Position numbers and translations under genes: made by a program. From positions 1,536,001-1,600,000 of the forward strand of contig CAXXHO010000003.1 in the NCBI GenBank assembly GCA_963667725.2: 64,000 bases of DNA. The letters are read 5' to 3'. The notes beneath the pieces are model-generated. The model ran no database searches. It had not been told where the DNA came from and saw only the letters and a program-made list of their open reading frames with translations. Shown in pieces: positions 1-9,746 of the stretch (position 1 is the first letter of the stretch; each line of letters opens with the position of its first letter). The stretch comes from Treponemataceae bacterium. GTDB lineage: Bacteria > Spirochaetota > Spirochaetia > Treponematales > Rectinemataceae.

Positions 1-878
1 GCGCCCATGTCGAGTATGGAAGCCATGCTGAAGAGCTTGAAAACCGAACCGGGTTCATAGGAATAAAGAGAGAGAAGATCCCTTCTTTTCTCGACATCGT
101 AGGAAGCGTACTTATTGAGATCGAAGCCCTGCCCTCCGACATAGGCGAGAATCTCGCCCGTTCGCACATCCATGGCGAGAGCCAATGCGGATGAGGCGCC
201 ATTGGCCTTGACCGCGCCCTCCATGATCTCCTCGATCATGTATTGAAGATTCGCGTCTATGCTCAGCGTCACCGTATCGCCGCGCGGAACCTTGCGGCCG
301 GGATCCAGATCGCGCCCCGTTCCGTCAGTGGCCTTTCTGGGTTTGGGCTTCAGTTCGCTTTCATATTTGGTCTCTATGCCATCGAGGCCGATATTCCCTT
401 CCCCCGTGAACCCGATCAGGTGCGAGGCCAGCTTGCCTTCCGGATAAAGACGTCCTGATACCTCGTCGGCCTGGACGCCCTTAAATTTGCCCGTTTTCTT
501 GGCTTCGATGATCGGGCGAGCCGTTTCCGAGGAAACGCGCCTGGCGATATAGAAATAATTCTGGCTCCCGTCGTCGTAGCGGGAGGCGATGCTCTCCGCC
601 GGAACGCCCAGAATCTTCGCGAGTTCGGGAATTTCCCGCTTGAACGATTCAGGTTTCGTGGACGGGCGCCAAATCGAAATATTGTACTTGGGCACATCCA
701 TGGCCAGGACTCGGCCGTTCCTGTCCTGGATCGTGCCCCGCTCACCCGAGTCATCCAAACCTGCCTCCCCGCTTTTTTCGGCGGTGAGGGCAAGCTGGGC
801 ATATCTGGCCATAACCAGCGAGGCAAATATCCCGAGAACAGCCATGGCCGTAACCAGGCGTATCTTTCTTGTTTTCAT
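1..878 (-). CDS. Penicillin-binding protein, class B (FtsI/PBP2 family); 3' end truncated by the window edge
   Basis: Not in the ORF track. Manual translation from ATG 878 gives MKTRKIRLVTAMAVLGIF (TM anchor), RGTIQDRNG, RLYPEG, GLDGIE, GEILA and the active-site EPGSVFK (SxxK). Confidence 0.9.
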   Translation of the reverse strand, partial: MKTRKIRLVTAMAVLGIFASLVMARYAQLALTAEKSGEAGLDDSGERGTIQDRNGRVLAMDVPKYNISIWRPSTKPESFKREIPELAKILGVPAESIASRYDDGSQNYFYIARRVSSETARPIIEAKKTGKFKGVQADEVSGRLYPEGKLASHLIGFTGEGNIGLDGIETKYESELKPKPRKATDGTGRDLDPGRKVPRGDTVTLSIDANLQYMIEEIMEGAVKANGASSALALAMDVRTGEILAYVGGQGFDLNKYASYDVEKRRDLLSLYSYEPGSVFKLFSMASILDMG

Positions 879-902
879 CGTTTATCCATGGAAACCAAAA
901 AC

Positions 903-1352
903 CTAGAAGCGGGGGAATGGAAACGCTTTCCCCAGTATATTGTTCATCGGCACCAGGCCGAATTCCCTTGAGTCGATGGACTCGTATTTGTTGTCGCCCA
1001 GGAGGAAGTACGCGGCGCGACTCCCAGGCTTCCCGGAATTTTCCATGCCCTCCTCGATCCAGACCCTCTTGATGATCAGGTTCCGGGTATCGGGATTGAA
1101 TGCGGCGACGATGTCGCGATTCTCAGGCTCTCCCCAAAGGAATAAATAGCCGCCCAAAGGATTCCTGAGCCCATACGCCGCCTTGAGAATAATGACAATA
1201 TCATTCGATCCAAAACTGGGGAGCATGGACCTCCCCTGGACCAGGGCTGCGTCTATGATAAAAGTCCTTCCCAAGATCAACGCCGCCACGACGCAGGCCA
1301 GAATCCTGCCCACGCTTACGGAGCCGGGCTTTGGTCCGTTGAATCTTTTCAA
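903..1352 (-). CDS. lepB: Signal peptidase I (S26)
   Basis: GRSMLPS (catalytic Ser), IIKRV (catalytic Lys), GDNKYESIDSREFG. Start placed at TTG 1352 after a GGAGG/AAGGA RBS; the ORF extends to 1550. Confidence 0.88.
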   Translation of the reverse strand: MKRFNGPKPGSVSVGRILACVVAALILGRTFIIDAALVQGRSMLPSFGSNDIVIILKAAYGLRNPLGGYLFLWGEPENRDIVAAFNPDTRNLIIKRVWIEEGMENSGKPGSRAAYFLLGDNKYESIDSREFGLVPMNNILGKAFPFPRF

Positions 1353-1446
1353 TCCTTTGCCTCCGGACACCGCTTCCCAAAACAGCATGATGAAGAAAAA
1401 TCTTCGATAATATATCGGCGAAACTCTTCCGATACTCAAAAAACCT

Positions 1447-2850
1447 ATGGATACTGAAACTAACCGGATAAAAAGCAGAAGAGACAGTGTTTCTTCATCG
1501 CAATATCGCCCTAAACCCTTCCTTACCATTCTCGACGGCAAGCCCACCACGGCAGGCAGGGAGCGCCGCTCCGGTCATCATCCTTCCAAATCCATATTCC
1601 AGAAAAGCGGTATAAGATTCCAGTCCTATGCGAATGAGGGGCTGAAAAATGTCACCGCCAAGGGGAAAGTCGGTTTTAAAGCGACAGCCAGGACCCTGAT
1701 CGACCTTCCTAAGTCCATATTCTCGCCCAAGGCAATAAAAGAGCCAGCCTCCGCCGATGAGTGGACGGAAGCTCAGGCCGAGGCCGGCGGACAGATAGCC
1801 GGTGGGCAGAAAACCGGTGAACCGAAAGCCGGCCGGATGGAAGTCATCGCCCTTCTTCACAACATTCAGGCATTCACGGCGCAACTGGGAAAGTTCCGTC
1901 CGGATACCAGCCATGCGCGCAAGATAGTCCTCGCTGTTCTCATCGCCGCGATCGTCATCTCGGCCGGAGCCGCCGCGATCATCGGCGCCACGAGATTCCC
2001 CGTTTCGCCGGGGAATCTCATTCTTCCCGACGAGGAATCGGCGCAGGCTGCCTTGATGGCCTATCTCGAACCGGATTCAGCAGACCAGGAAGCCCTCCAA
2101 TCGGGAGCCCTTCCCCCCATCCCCGTCTCCGTGAACATAAAATCCTACACGGTCAGAAGCGGCGATACCGTCGAAAGAATCGCGAAAAAGTTCGGCCTCA
2201 GGCAGGATACCGTCATTTCGGCCAACAATCTCCAAAGCGCCAGCTCGATCCGTCCGGGGCTGCAGCTCAGGATACCGAACATGGATGGCGTAAGCCATAA
2301 GGTGCGTAGCGGGGAAAGCCTTCTCTATCTCGCTAAAACTTATTCCATAGACATGACCCGCATCGTGGACGCCAACGACCTGGCAAGCGGCACGATAAAT
2401 ACCGGTCAGAGTCTTTTCATTCCCAACGCGAGGCTATCGTCGGCCACCCTGCGCAATTTCTATGGGGAGCGCTTCATTTGGCCGGCCAGAGGCCGCATCT
2501 CTTCCCCCTTCGGGTACAGGGCCAATCCTTTCACCGGCCTGAGAACCTATCATTCGGCCATCGATATCGTCGTCTCGCTGGGGACGAGGATAAAAGCTAC
2601 CAACGACGGAACCGTCGCCGACACCGGCTACAACTCCGTATTCGGCAACTACGTCATCCTGAAACACGCGAGCGGATATCAGTCGCTTTACGCGCACCTG
2701 AGCCAAATTTCCGTCAAGGAAGGGTCCTCCGTCGCCCAGGGGGCCACTATCGGGTTATCGGGCAACACGGGTCAGAGCACCGGTCCTCACCTGCACTTCA
2801 GCATATTCAAGAACGGCCAGGCTCTCGATCCCACGAAATACGTGAAATGA
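1447..2850 (+). CDS. Membrane-anchored LysM-repeat M23 metallopeptidase
   Basis: TM segment, two LysM repeats (YTVRSGDT, HKVRSGES), M23 motifs HSAID, YAHL, STGPHLHF. True start may be downstream. Confidence 0.9.
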   Translation: MDTETNRIKSRRDSVSSSQYRPKPFLTILDGKPTTAGRERRSGHHPSKSIFQKSGIRFQSYANEGLKNVTAKGKVGFKATARTLIDLPKSIFSPKAIKEPASADEWTEAQAEAGGQIAGGQKTGEPKAGRMEVIALLHNIQAFTAQLGKFRPDTSHARKIVLAVLIAAIVISAGAAAIIGATRFPVSPGNLILPDEESAQAALMAYLEPDSADQEALQSGALPPIPVSVNIKSYTVRSGDTVERIAKKFGLRQDTVISANNLQSASSIRPGLQLRIPNMDGVSHKVRSGESLLYLAKTYSIDMTRIVDANDLASGTINTGQSLFIPNARLSSATLRNFYGERFIWPARGRISSPFGYRANPFTGLRTYHSAIDIVVSLGTRIKATNDGTVADTGYNSVFGNYVILKHASGYQSLYAHLSQISVKEGSSVAQGATIGLSGNTGQSTGPHLHFSIFKNGQALDPTKYVK

Positions 2851-2856
2851 TTCCAT

Positions 2857-2910
2857 GGAGACTCTGGAAGCTCTAGAAGCTCCGGAGCCTCCGGAACTTC
2901 CGGAGACCCA
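2857..2910. repeat. Degenerate 9-bp tandem repeat, 6 units
   Basis: ggagactct ggaagctct agaagctcc ggagcctcc ggaacttcc ggagaccca. Confidence 0.75.
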
Positions 2911-2927
2911 AAATATCACCGTCTAAT

Positions 2928-2965
2928 AAAAGATACAGAAGGCCAAAGGGTTCTGTATCTTTTTT
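2928..2965 (+). terminator. Intrinsic terminator after the M23 gene
   Basis: aaaagatacagaa-10 nt loop-ttctgtatctttt followed by Ts. Confidence 0.75.
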
Positions 2966-3074
2966 AATATCTTTTCATAGTTTTTAGCGCGACAGCATCC
3001 TCAAGAAATCTAAACTTCGAATCTATTTCTTTATGCTGATGAATAATAAAAAATATAAAATTATATATGCTATA

Positions 3075-3090
3075 TGGCACGGCGTTTGCA
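3075..3090 (+). promoter_or_regulatory. Sigma-54 (RpoN) -24/-12 promoter
   Basis: TGGCACGGCGTTTGCA matches TGGCAC-N5-TTGCW. It ends 24 nt before the ATG and follows an AT-rich tract. Confidence 0.85.
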
Positions 3091-3114
3091 TTTAAGGAGC
3101 CAGGAGGAAGTGCC

Positions 3115-3948
3115 ATGCCCAACCTTTCCACAAAAGATGAATGCCTCACAAGTTATTTCAAGTCGATACGAGGGATACGGCTTCTTACGAGGGAAGAAGA
3201 AGAATCCTTGTCCTTGAAAATAGCGCATGGTGACCAAGCCGCCCGCAAACGACTTATCGAAGCTAATCTCAGGCTTGTCGTGCGCATTGCGAGATCGATG
3301 TGGAATCCCTCCCTCACCCTCATCGACCTTATCCAGGAAGGCAATATCGGCCTCATGAAGGCCGCCGAGAAATTCGACGGCGCCCGGAAGGTCAAATTCT
3401 CGACCTACGCCGCGTGGTGGATCCGTCAGTCGATAAGCCGCTCCCTCGTCAATACGGGAAGGACGATTCGGCTGCCCCACCGCAAGGAAGAACTAATAAG
3501 GAAAGTTCAGGCCGAGAAGAGCATCATGAGCCAGACGCTGAACAGACAGCCCACCTCCAGGGAAATTTCCGACAAGCTGGGCATCCCCGAAAAAAAGCTG
3601 AACGACGTGCTCATGTTTGCGGAAAAGGTCGGCAGCTTCGAGTCCCAAGTGGACGAAGACACGGTTGACCTGCTCGATATGCACGAGGACTTCACCTATT
3701 CGCCCGAAAGGCTTTTTGGCGAGCACATCGCGCGCGAGCAGACGGTTCATCTTCTTTCCGTCCTCCAGGAGAGGGAAAGGAACGTCATCAGCCAACGCTT
3801 CGAGATAGGCGGGCGCAGCCGACGATCGCTCAAGCAGATGGGCCTCGAGATGAAGCTTTCGCCGGAAACGGTGCGCCATATCGAGAAAAGGGCGCTCAAG
3901 AAGCTGCAGACCGAGGCGGCCAAAGGCTATCTCTGCATGACTGCCTAG
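3115..3948 (+). CDS. Alternative sigma-70 family factor, RpoS-like (no region 1.1)
   Basis: Region 1.2 LLTREEE; region 2 ANLRLVV, DLIQEGNIGLMKA, KFSTYAAWWIRQ; TIRLPH; region 4 HTH SPETVRHIE. AGGAGG RBS precedes ATG 3115. Confidence 0.92.
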   Translation: MPNLSTKDECLTSYFKSIRGIRLLTREEEESLSLKIAHGDQAARKRLIEANLRLVVRIARSMWNPSLTLIDLIQEGNIGLMKAAEKFDGARKVKFSTYAAWWIRQSISRSLVNTGRTIRLPHRKEELIRKVQAEKSIMSQTLNRQPTSREISDKLGIPEKKLNDVLMFAEKVGSFESQVDEDTVDLLDMHEDFTYSPERLFGEHIAREQTVHLLSVLQERERNVISQRFEIGGRSRRSLKQMGLEMKLSPETVRHIEKRALKKLQTEAAKGYLCMTA

Positions 3949-4041
3949 GACAGGGCAGAAATTAGGGCTCTGGGCGGGGTCGCCTGCCGGCGGCCCCGCC
4001 CACGTCTTGTCCAAGGTTCACCGCGTGGATACTATGGCAGC

Positions 4042-5169
4042 GTGGCTTCGAAAAAACACGGCGGACGCAGGACAAAGGCTTCAGGAAGCCGAGGGCACGG
4101 CGCATCTTTCCTTATCGCGGCACTTGCAATCCTGGCGCTCGCGGTTTGCGTAGCTTTTGTTTCCTACCTGAACAGACCTTCGGAAACGAGGACGACCACA
4201 ACCACCGCACCCTTCTCGCCGACGACGCTTTGGCCCTACGGACAGCCCGAGTACTCCATAGAAGTGCCCGAGGGCTATGAGGCCCTCCTGCCGGACAGCC
4301 AAGCCCCGCCGGTACCCGAAGCTGATGTCGCGACTGTACCCGCGCAGAAGCCCCACATAGAGCCAGCAAAAAAAGCCGTGGCAAGCGATAATCGCCCCAC
4401 CTTGCCGCCGAAGGAAAAGGCGAAGCCGTACATTCTCACGGTGCGGGAAGAAAGGCTGAAAGAAGGTCGCAAGCCTACCCTCATCATCGTCATCGATGAC
4501 GCGGGGTACAACTTGAGACAGCTGCAGCCCTTTTTGGCCCTGCCCTTCCCCATTTCGATAGCGGTGCTGCCGCAGGTGGACCACAGCGCCGAAGCAGCGA
4601 GACTCGCCGCGGAAGCAGGAAAGGAAGTCCTCCTGCATCAGCCCATGCAGGCGCTGGGCGGCAACAATCCCGGGCCGGGAGCCATTCTCCTCGGCATGAA
4701 GCCCGAGGAAGCCGCTTCCCTCGTGGCCCGAAACCTGGAGCGCCTTCCCCAGGCTGTCGGCGTGAATAATCATATGGGTTCTGCGGTCACAAGGGACGAA
4801 GCGCTCATGGCGGCCACCCTCGACCTTGTCAAAAAGCGTGGCATCTATTATCTTGATTCTCTCACGGCACCGGGAACTGCGACGGCAGCCCTCTGCCTTG
4901 AACTAGCCATACCATATTGGGAGCGTGACGTGTTTCTGGACAACTCTGGCGATAAGCAATCGGTACTCCACGCTCTCGATGAGGGCAAGAAGGTCGCCTC
5001 GACCAGGGGCGCCGCTGTGCTGATCGGCCATGTCTGGTCGGCCGAACTCGCGCAGACGCTCATGGATATATACCCTCAGCTCGTCGAAGAAGGTTATTCT
5101 TTATCGACCATATCCAAGTACATGATCAGGAGCGCGACGGGAGACGACGATGCTCGTCCTGGGGATTGA
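4042..5169 (+). CDS. Divergent polysaccharide deacetylase family protein (YibQ-like), membrane anchored
   Basis: IVIDDAG, LLHQPM, GVNNHMGS, YLDSLT, RDVFLD, IGH. Confidence 0.9.
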   Translation: MASKKHGGRRTKASGSRGHGASFLIAALAILALAVCVAFVSYLNRPSETRTTTTTAPFSPTTLWPYGQPEYSIEVPEGYEALLPDSQAPPVPEADVATVPAQKPHIEPAKKAVASDNRPTLPPKEKAKPYILTVREERLKEGRKPTLIIVIDDAGYNLRQLQPFLALPFPISIAVLPQVDHSAEAARLAAEAGKEVLLHQPMQALGGNNPGPGAILLGMKPEEAASLVARNLERLPQAVGVNNHMGSAVTRDEALMAATLDLVKKRGIYYLDSLTAPGTATAALCLELAIPYWERDVFLDNSGDKQSVLHALDEGKKVASTRGAAVLIGHVWSAELAQTLMDIYPQLVEEGYSLSTISKYMIRSATGDDDARPGD

Positions 5170-6178
5170 GTCCTCCTGCGACGAATGCTCGGCGGCCATT
5201 GTCGAAGACGGCAGGAAAATTCATTCGAACATAGTCGCGACGCAGATTCCCCTCCATGCGCAATACCAGGGGGTCGTTCCGGAAATCGCCAGCAGGGCTC
5301 ATACGCAGTGGATAGAAGGTGTCGTAAGGCAGGCTCTTCGCGAAGCGTCCATCGCGCCATCGGGAATCGACGGCGTGGCCGCCACCTTCCAGCCCGGGCT
5401 TATAGGCTCTCTTGCCGTGGGCCTTTCTTTCGCCAAAGCCATGTCATTCGCCCTCGGAAAGCCTTTCAAGGGCATCAATCACATGCTAGCCCACCTCTAT
5501 GCCCCTCGCCTTGTCGACGACATCGAATATCCCTTCATCGGGCTTCTGGTATCGGGCGGTCATTCGATCATCTGCCTGGCCGAGGATTTCGACAGGTTCA
5601 GCGTCCTGGGGACAACGATAGACGACGCCGCGGGCGAGGCTTTTGATAAAGTCTCCAAGCACTACGGTTTCGGCTATCCAGGCGGCCAGATCATAGACGA
5701 ACTCGCCGAGAAGGGAGATGCCGAAGCCTTCAAGTTCCCGACGCCCTCCCTCCACAAGGGCGACCATCGCTACGACCTTTCCTATTCCGGATTGAAAACC
5801 GCCGTCATCCACCATCTCGACAGCTACCGGCGGAACGGCGCCGAGACTACTCCCGAGAATATCGCCGCTTCGTTCAGGAAAACCGCCATCGACATGCTGC
5901 TGTCCAAGCTCCTCCTCGCGGCTGAGGATACGGGGATTCGACGCATCGTCGCGGGGGGCGGAGTCGCCGCCAACGCCTACCTGCGCCGCCAGCTCGATGC
6001 CCGGAAGGACCTCGAGATACATTTCCCGCCCCTTGCCCTCTGTGGCGACAACGGCGCCATGGTGGCGGGCATCGCCTATCACTATTTCGCGCGCGGGGAA
6101 AAGGATGGCCTGGATCTTGCGCCGCAATCGCGCGTACCTATTTACAAACGCGGGGCGAACGGAGGCAAAACGTCATGA
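5150..6178 (+). CDS. tsaD: tRNA t6A37 threonylcarbamoyltransferase TsaD
   Basis: LGIESSCDE, GVVPEIASRAH, LVSGGHS, DDAAGEAFDK, SYSGLKTAV, GGVAAN, DNGAM. Confidence 0.97.
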   Translation: MLVLGIESSCDECSAAIVEDGRKIHSNIVATQIPLHAQYQGVVPEIASRAHTQWIEGVVRQALREASIAPSGIDGVAATFQPGLIGSLAVGLSFAKAMSFALGKPFKGINHMLAHLYAPRLVDDIEYPFIGLLVSGGHSIICLAEDFDRFSVLGTTIDDAAGEAFDKVSKHYGFGYPGGQIIDELAEKGDAEAFKFPTPSLHKGDHRYDLSYSGLKTAVIHHLDSYRRNGAETTPENIAASFRKTAIDMLLSKLLLAAEDTGIRRIVAGGGVAANAYLRRQLDARKDLEIHFPPLALCGDNGAMVAGIAYHYFARGEKDGLDLAPQSRVPIYKRGANGGKTS

Positions 6179-7281
6179 TCGCGCTTGAAAAGGCGGCCCA
6201 GACCGCCATAGAACAGTGTCTGGCCATGAAGGCTGGCGAAAAGCTCCTCATCGTGTCCAATCCCGGCACCGAACAGGCCATGATCGCCGAAGCCCTGAAG
6301 GCCGCCGCGGGAAAAGCTGGCGTTCTGACGACGCTTCTCTACCAGCCTATCAAGACCCAAGGCGACTATGCCGAGGATTTCATCCTCGAGGCGATAGCGT
6401 CCAAACCCGATGTCCTCGCCTCCATTTCCACGGAGAAGCTCGGCAAGGACAAATACCGCATCGCGGCGCCCCTGACCGCTCCCGACGGAAAGAAATACGA
6501 CCATATTTTCCATTATCTGCTCCATGGGACCAAGGAAATGCGCGCCTTCTGGTCGCCGGGCATGACGGTGGACATGTTCACGCGCACCGTGGCCATCGAT
6601 TATTCCCAGATGCGCTCGAGGGCGCTCGCCCTCAAGAAGGTTCTCGACGAGGCGGTCGCGCTCCAGATATCGGCGCCGTCCGGCACCGATATTTTCATCG
6701 GCATCGAGGGCAGGAAGACTTTCATCGACGATGGCGATTTCGGGGAGCCCGGCGCGGGCGGCAACCTTCCTGCCGGGGAAGTCTTCATTTCGCCCGTCGT
6801 CCAATCCGCGGAAGGAACCATCGTGTTCGATGGCTCCATCGCCGATATCGCGGGCGACATCATCATTGAGACACCCATATCCTGCGCCGTATCGGGCGGC
6901 TACGTGATAAGCTGCGAGGGCGCCTTAGAGGCCGAACGTCTGGAAAAAGCCCTGCGCACCGGCATGGACATGGCTTCATCCCTCGTGAAAAAAGGAGGGA
7001 TGAGCCCCGAGGAAGCCCTTCGCTACGCCACGAATGCGAGGCATATAGGGGAATTGGGCATAGGACTCAATGTCGAAGCCACGATAACCGGGAACATGCT
7101 GGAAGACGAGAAGGTCTACGGCACCTGTCATTTCGCCATAGGCTCCAACTATGACGAGGACGCCCCCGCCATGATCCATCTCGATGGTCTCGTGAAACGG
7201 CCGACGATTACCGCGCTCCTGCCGGGCGGAAGAGAAATTACCCTCATGAGGAATGGCGACCTATTTTCATGCGGTGAATGA
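6175..7281 (+). CDS. Aminopeptidase, M29 (thermophilic metalloprotease-like)
   Basis: NLPAGEVF, IGELGIGLN, EDEKVYGTCHFAIG, IHLD. Confidence 0.85.
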   Translation: MIALEKAAQTAIEQCLAMKAGEKLLIVSNPGTEQAMIAEALKAAAGKAGVLTTLLYQPIKTQGDYAEDFILEAIASKPDVLASISTEKLGKDKYRIAAPLTAPDGKKYDHIFHYLLHGTKEMRAFWSPGMTVDMFTRTVAIDYSQMRSRALALKKVLDEAVALQISAPSGTDIFIGIEGRKTFIDDGDFGEPGAGGNLPAGEVFISPVVQSAEGTIVFDGSIADIAGDIIIETPISCAVSGGYVISCEGALEAERLEKALRTGMDMASSLVKKGGMSPEEALRYATNARHIGELGIGLNVEATITGNMLEDEKVYGTCHFAIGSNYDEDAPAMIHLDGLVKRPTITALLPGGREITLMRNGDLFSCGE

Positions 7282-7300
7282 ATAAGCTATACTCTCCGTC

Positions 7301-8884
7301 ATGGAAAACAAGAAAGCTATGCATTGGGCGGATCAGACCGCCGAAAAGATAATCGCCGAGTGGGGCGATAAGGAAAGCTACACCTGCGCGTCGGGCATCA
7401 CGCCGTCCGGTACCGTGCACGTCGGCAATTTCAGGGAGATGATCTCCGTGGAGCTCGTCGTGAGAGCCCTCCGCGACAGAGGCAAGAAAGTCCGTTTCAT
7501 CTACAGCTGGGACGATTACGATGTGTTCAGGAAAGTGCCCCTCAACATGCCCCAGCCCGAAATGCTCGAAAAATATCTCCGCTTCCCCATCACCATGGTT
7601 CCCGATCCCTGGGGCAGGAACGAATCCTACGCCCGCCACCATGAGGTGGACGTGGAATCCGTGCTCCCAGCCGTCGGCATCTATCCGGAATTCCTCTATC
7701 AGGCCGAGCGCTACCGCTCGGGACTCTACGCCGAGGGCATGAAGCGCGCGCTCGAGATGCGCGAACATCTCAAGACTATTCTCGACAAATACCGCGACGA
7801 CGACCACAAGATCCAAGGCGAATGGTGGCCGGTATCCGTCTTCTGCTCGGCATGCGAAAAGGACACGACGGAGATCGACGGCTGGGACGGCGACTGGGGT
7901 CTCACCTACCACTGCGAGTGCGGCCACAAGGAAACGGGCGATCTCCGGACGCTGAAGGGAGCCAAGCTTGTATGGCGCGTGGACTGGCCCATGCGCTGGA
8001 ACCAGGAACATGTGGATTTCGAGCCCGCCGGCAAGGATCATCATTCCCAGGGCGGTTCCTTCGACACATCGAAGCATGTCGTCGAGGATGTCTACGGCCG
8101 CAGGCCTCCCGTCACCTTCCGCTACGACTTCATCGGCATCAAGGGTTCACCGGGGAAGATGTCCTCATCGAAGGGCAAGGTGGTCGATCTGCCCGATCTG
8201 CTCAGGGTCTATCAGCCCGAGCTCGTGCGCTATCTCTTCGCCGGAACCCGTCCCAACACCGAATTCGTCATCAGCTTCGATCTGGACGTGATCAAGATTT
8301 ACGAGGACTACGACAAGACCGAACGCATTTACTGGGGCGCGGAAAAAGCGAAGGACGAGGATTCCGAAGCCAGGGAGAGGCGAATCTACGAACTGTCCCA
8401 GGTAGGCGCCTTACCCGCCGAGGCTCCCTACCAGGTGCCCTTCAGGCATCTGACCAGCCTGCTTCTCATCCATCAGGGCGACGTAGACCAGGTCCTCGCT
8501 TCCCTTCCCGGCATCAAGCCTTCCCAGGAGGAAGGAATCCGCCGCAGAGCGGCCTGCGCCTGGTATTGGGTCAACGAATGCTCCCCGGAGGATTTCCGCT
8601 TCAGCGTGAAGAAACCCGGCGAGAAGGTCGAGCTCTCCGAAGTCGAACTCGCCGCTGTTAGGCATCTTCGCGACGATGTCGTCTCCAGGCTGGAAAGCTT
8701 CGCCGACGAGAAGGCGGTGGCCGCGGCCATCTACGATGCGGCGACGGCGGCGGGCACCGACGGCAAGACCTTGTTCAAGGCAGCCTACCAGGCTCTCGTC
8801 GGCAAGGACCAGGGTCCCCGGCTCGCCGGATTCCTCGGCACGCTGGGCAAGGAAAAGGTCATGTCAATTCTGGCGCTTTACTGA
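7301..8884 (+). CDS. lysS: Lysyl-tRNA synthetase, class I
   Basis: HWAD, SGITPSGTVHVGN (HIGH-like), WRVDWPMRW, GKDH, KMSSSKG (KMSKS-like). Confidence 0.97.
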   Translation: MENKKAMHWADQTAEKIIAEWGDKESYTCASGITPSGTVHVGNFREMISVELVVRALRDRGKKVRFIYSWDDYDVFRKVPLNMPQPEMLEKYLRFPITMVPDPWGRNESYARHHEVDVESVLPAVGIYPEFLYQAERYRSGLYAEGMKRALEMREHLKTILDKYRDDDHKIQGEWWPVSVFCSACEKDTTEIDGWDGDWGLTYHCECGHKETGDLRTLKGAKLVWRVDWPMRWNQEHVDFEPAGKDHHSQGGSFDTSKHVVEDVYGRRPPVTFRYDFIGIKGSPGKMSSSKGKVVDLPDLLRVYQPELVRYLFAGTRPNTEFVISFDLDVIKIYEDYDKTERIYWGAEKAKDEDSEARERRIYELSQVGALPAEAPYQVPFRHLTSLLLIHQGDVDQVLASLPGIKPSQEEGIRRRAACAWYWVNECSPEDFRFSVKKPGEKVELSEVELAAVRHLRDDVVSRLESFADEKAVAAAIYDAATAAGTDGKTLFKAAYQALVGKDQGPRLAGFLGTLGKEKVMSILALY

Positions 8885-8905
8885 ACACCGAGCTGTACAA
8901 AATAG

Positions 8906-8936
8906 AAAAGACGGCCATCACGGCCGTCTTTTTTTT
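8906..8936. terminator. Probably bidirectional intrinsic terminator
   Basis: aaaagacggcc-atcac-ggccgtctttt plus T tract, between convergent genes. Confidence 0.85.
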
Positions 8937-8963
8937 GCTTACGATGGTATGGACGCCGGGAAT

Positions 8964-9746
8964 TCAGCGCCAGTCCTTCAGCATGGAAGCGACGCTCCTG
9001 CGCATTTCGACGCTGTAATCGGCCGCGAATTTGCGGGCATACAGGGACTGGCCTACGTTTTCGGCGCCGTTTTGGGGGAGGAAGTTCCCGTAGCCCGGGC
9101 CTGTATACAAGGACATCAACGCTTCGTCCGAAGGCAAGGCGTAACGGTTTTTCCGGACCACCAGTTCCCGGGGAAGACGGGCCGGCTGAGGTCTGCGGGT
9201 CTGCTGCTCCGTCGGGTACCCGAGGCAGAGCATCGTAACCGGAAAAGTGTATCGCGGAAGACTAAGCAGGTCGCGGTGTATTTCCCAGTTCTCCATGACA
9301 TCGCCTATGTAGCAGGAGCCGAGGCCGAGGCTTTCGGCCGCGCAGACCGTAGTCTGCGCGGCGATGAGGGCGTCGCAGCAGGCGAGAAACAGGTCGGACT
9401 CCTGGGGCGAGAGAAGGGGTTTCCCCTCGCGCATGCATGTATCGCCCACGCCGCTCTTTTCGAAAAAGGCCATCATCCTCGCGTAGTCCGCAAGGAAAAC
9501 CAGAACCCAGGGCGCTCGGGCGATGAAAGGCTGGTCGTCGCAGGTCACCGCGAGCCTCTCCTTCAGGGCTTGATCTTCGATGTCCAGGACCGTGTACAGC
9601 ATCAAGTTGCCCGCCGTGGGAGCCCTCAGCGTGGCCGCCAGGATCTTGTCCTTGATTTCCCCGGGAATAGGCCTGTCGTCGTAGGCTCTCACGGAGCGTC
9701 TCTCCAAGAACACTTTCGAAAAATCCATATTGATCTCCACGGTCAT
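8964..9746 (-). CDS. Nitroreductase (NfsA/FRP-like flavin reductase)
   Basis: RRSVRAY, APTAGN, AESLGLGSCYIG, LGYP, ARLP. Confidence 0.9.
   Translation of the reverse strand: MTVEINMDFSKVFLERRSVRAYDDRPIPGEIKDKILAATLRAPTAGNLMLYTVLDIEDQALKERLAVTCDDQPFIARAPWVLVFLADYARMMAFFEKSGVGDTCMREGKPLLSPQESDLFLACCDALIAAQTTVCAAESLGLGSCYIGDVMENWEIHRDLLSLPRYTFPVTMLCLGYPTEQQTRRPQPARLPRELVVRKNRYALPSDEALMSLYTGPGYGNFLPQNGAENVGQSLYARKFAADYSVEMRRSVASMLKDWR

Noticed and set aside
2857..2910. Short repeats as a CRISPR array
   Set aside because: Contiguous 9-bp units without spacers, and no cas genes.
7301..8884. Class I LysRS as a novelty
   Set aside because: Well known in spirochetes and archaea; used only as a taxonomic hint.
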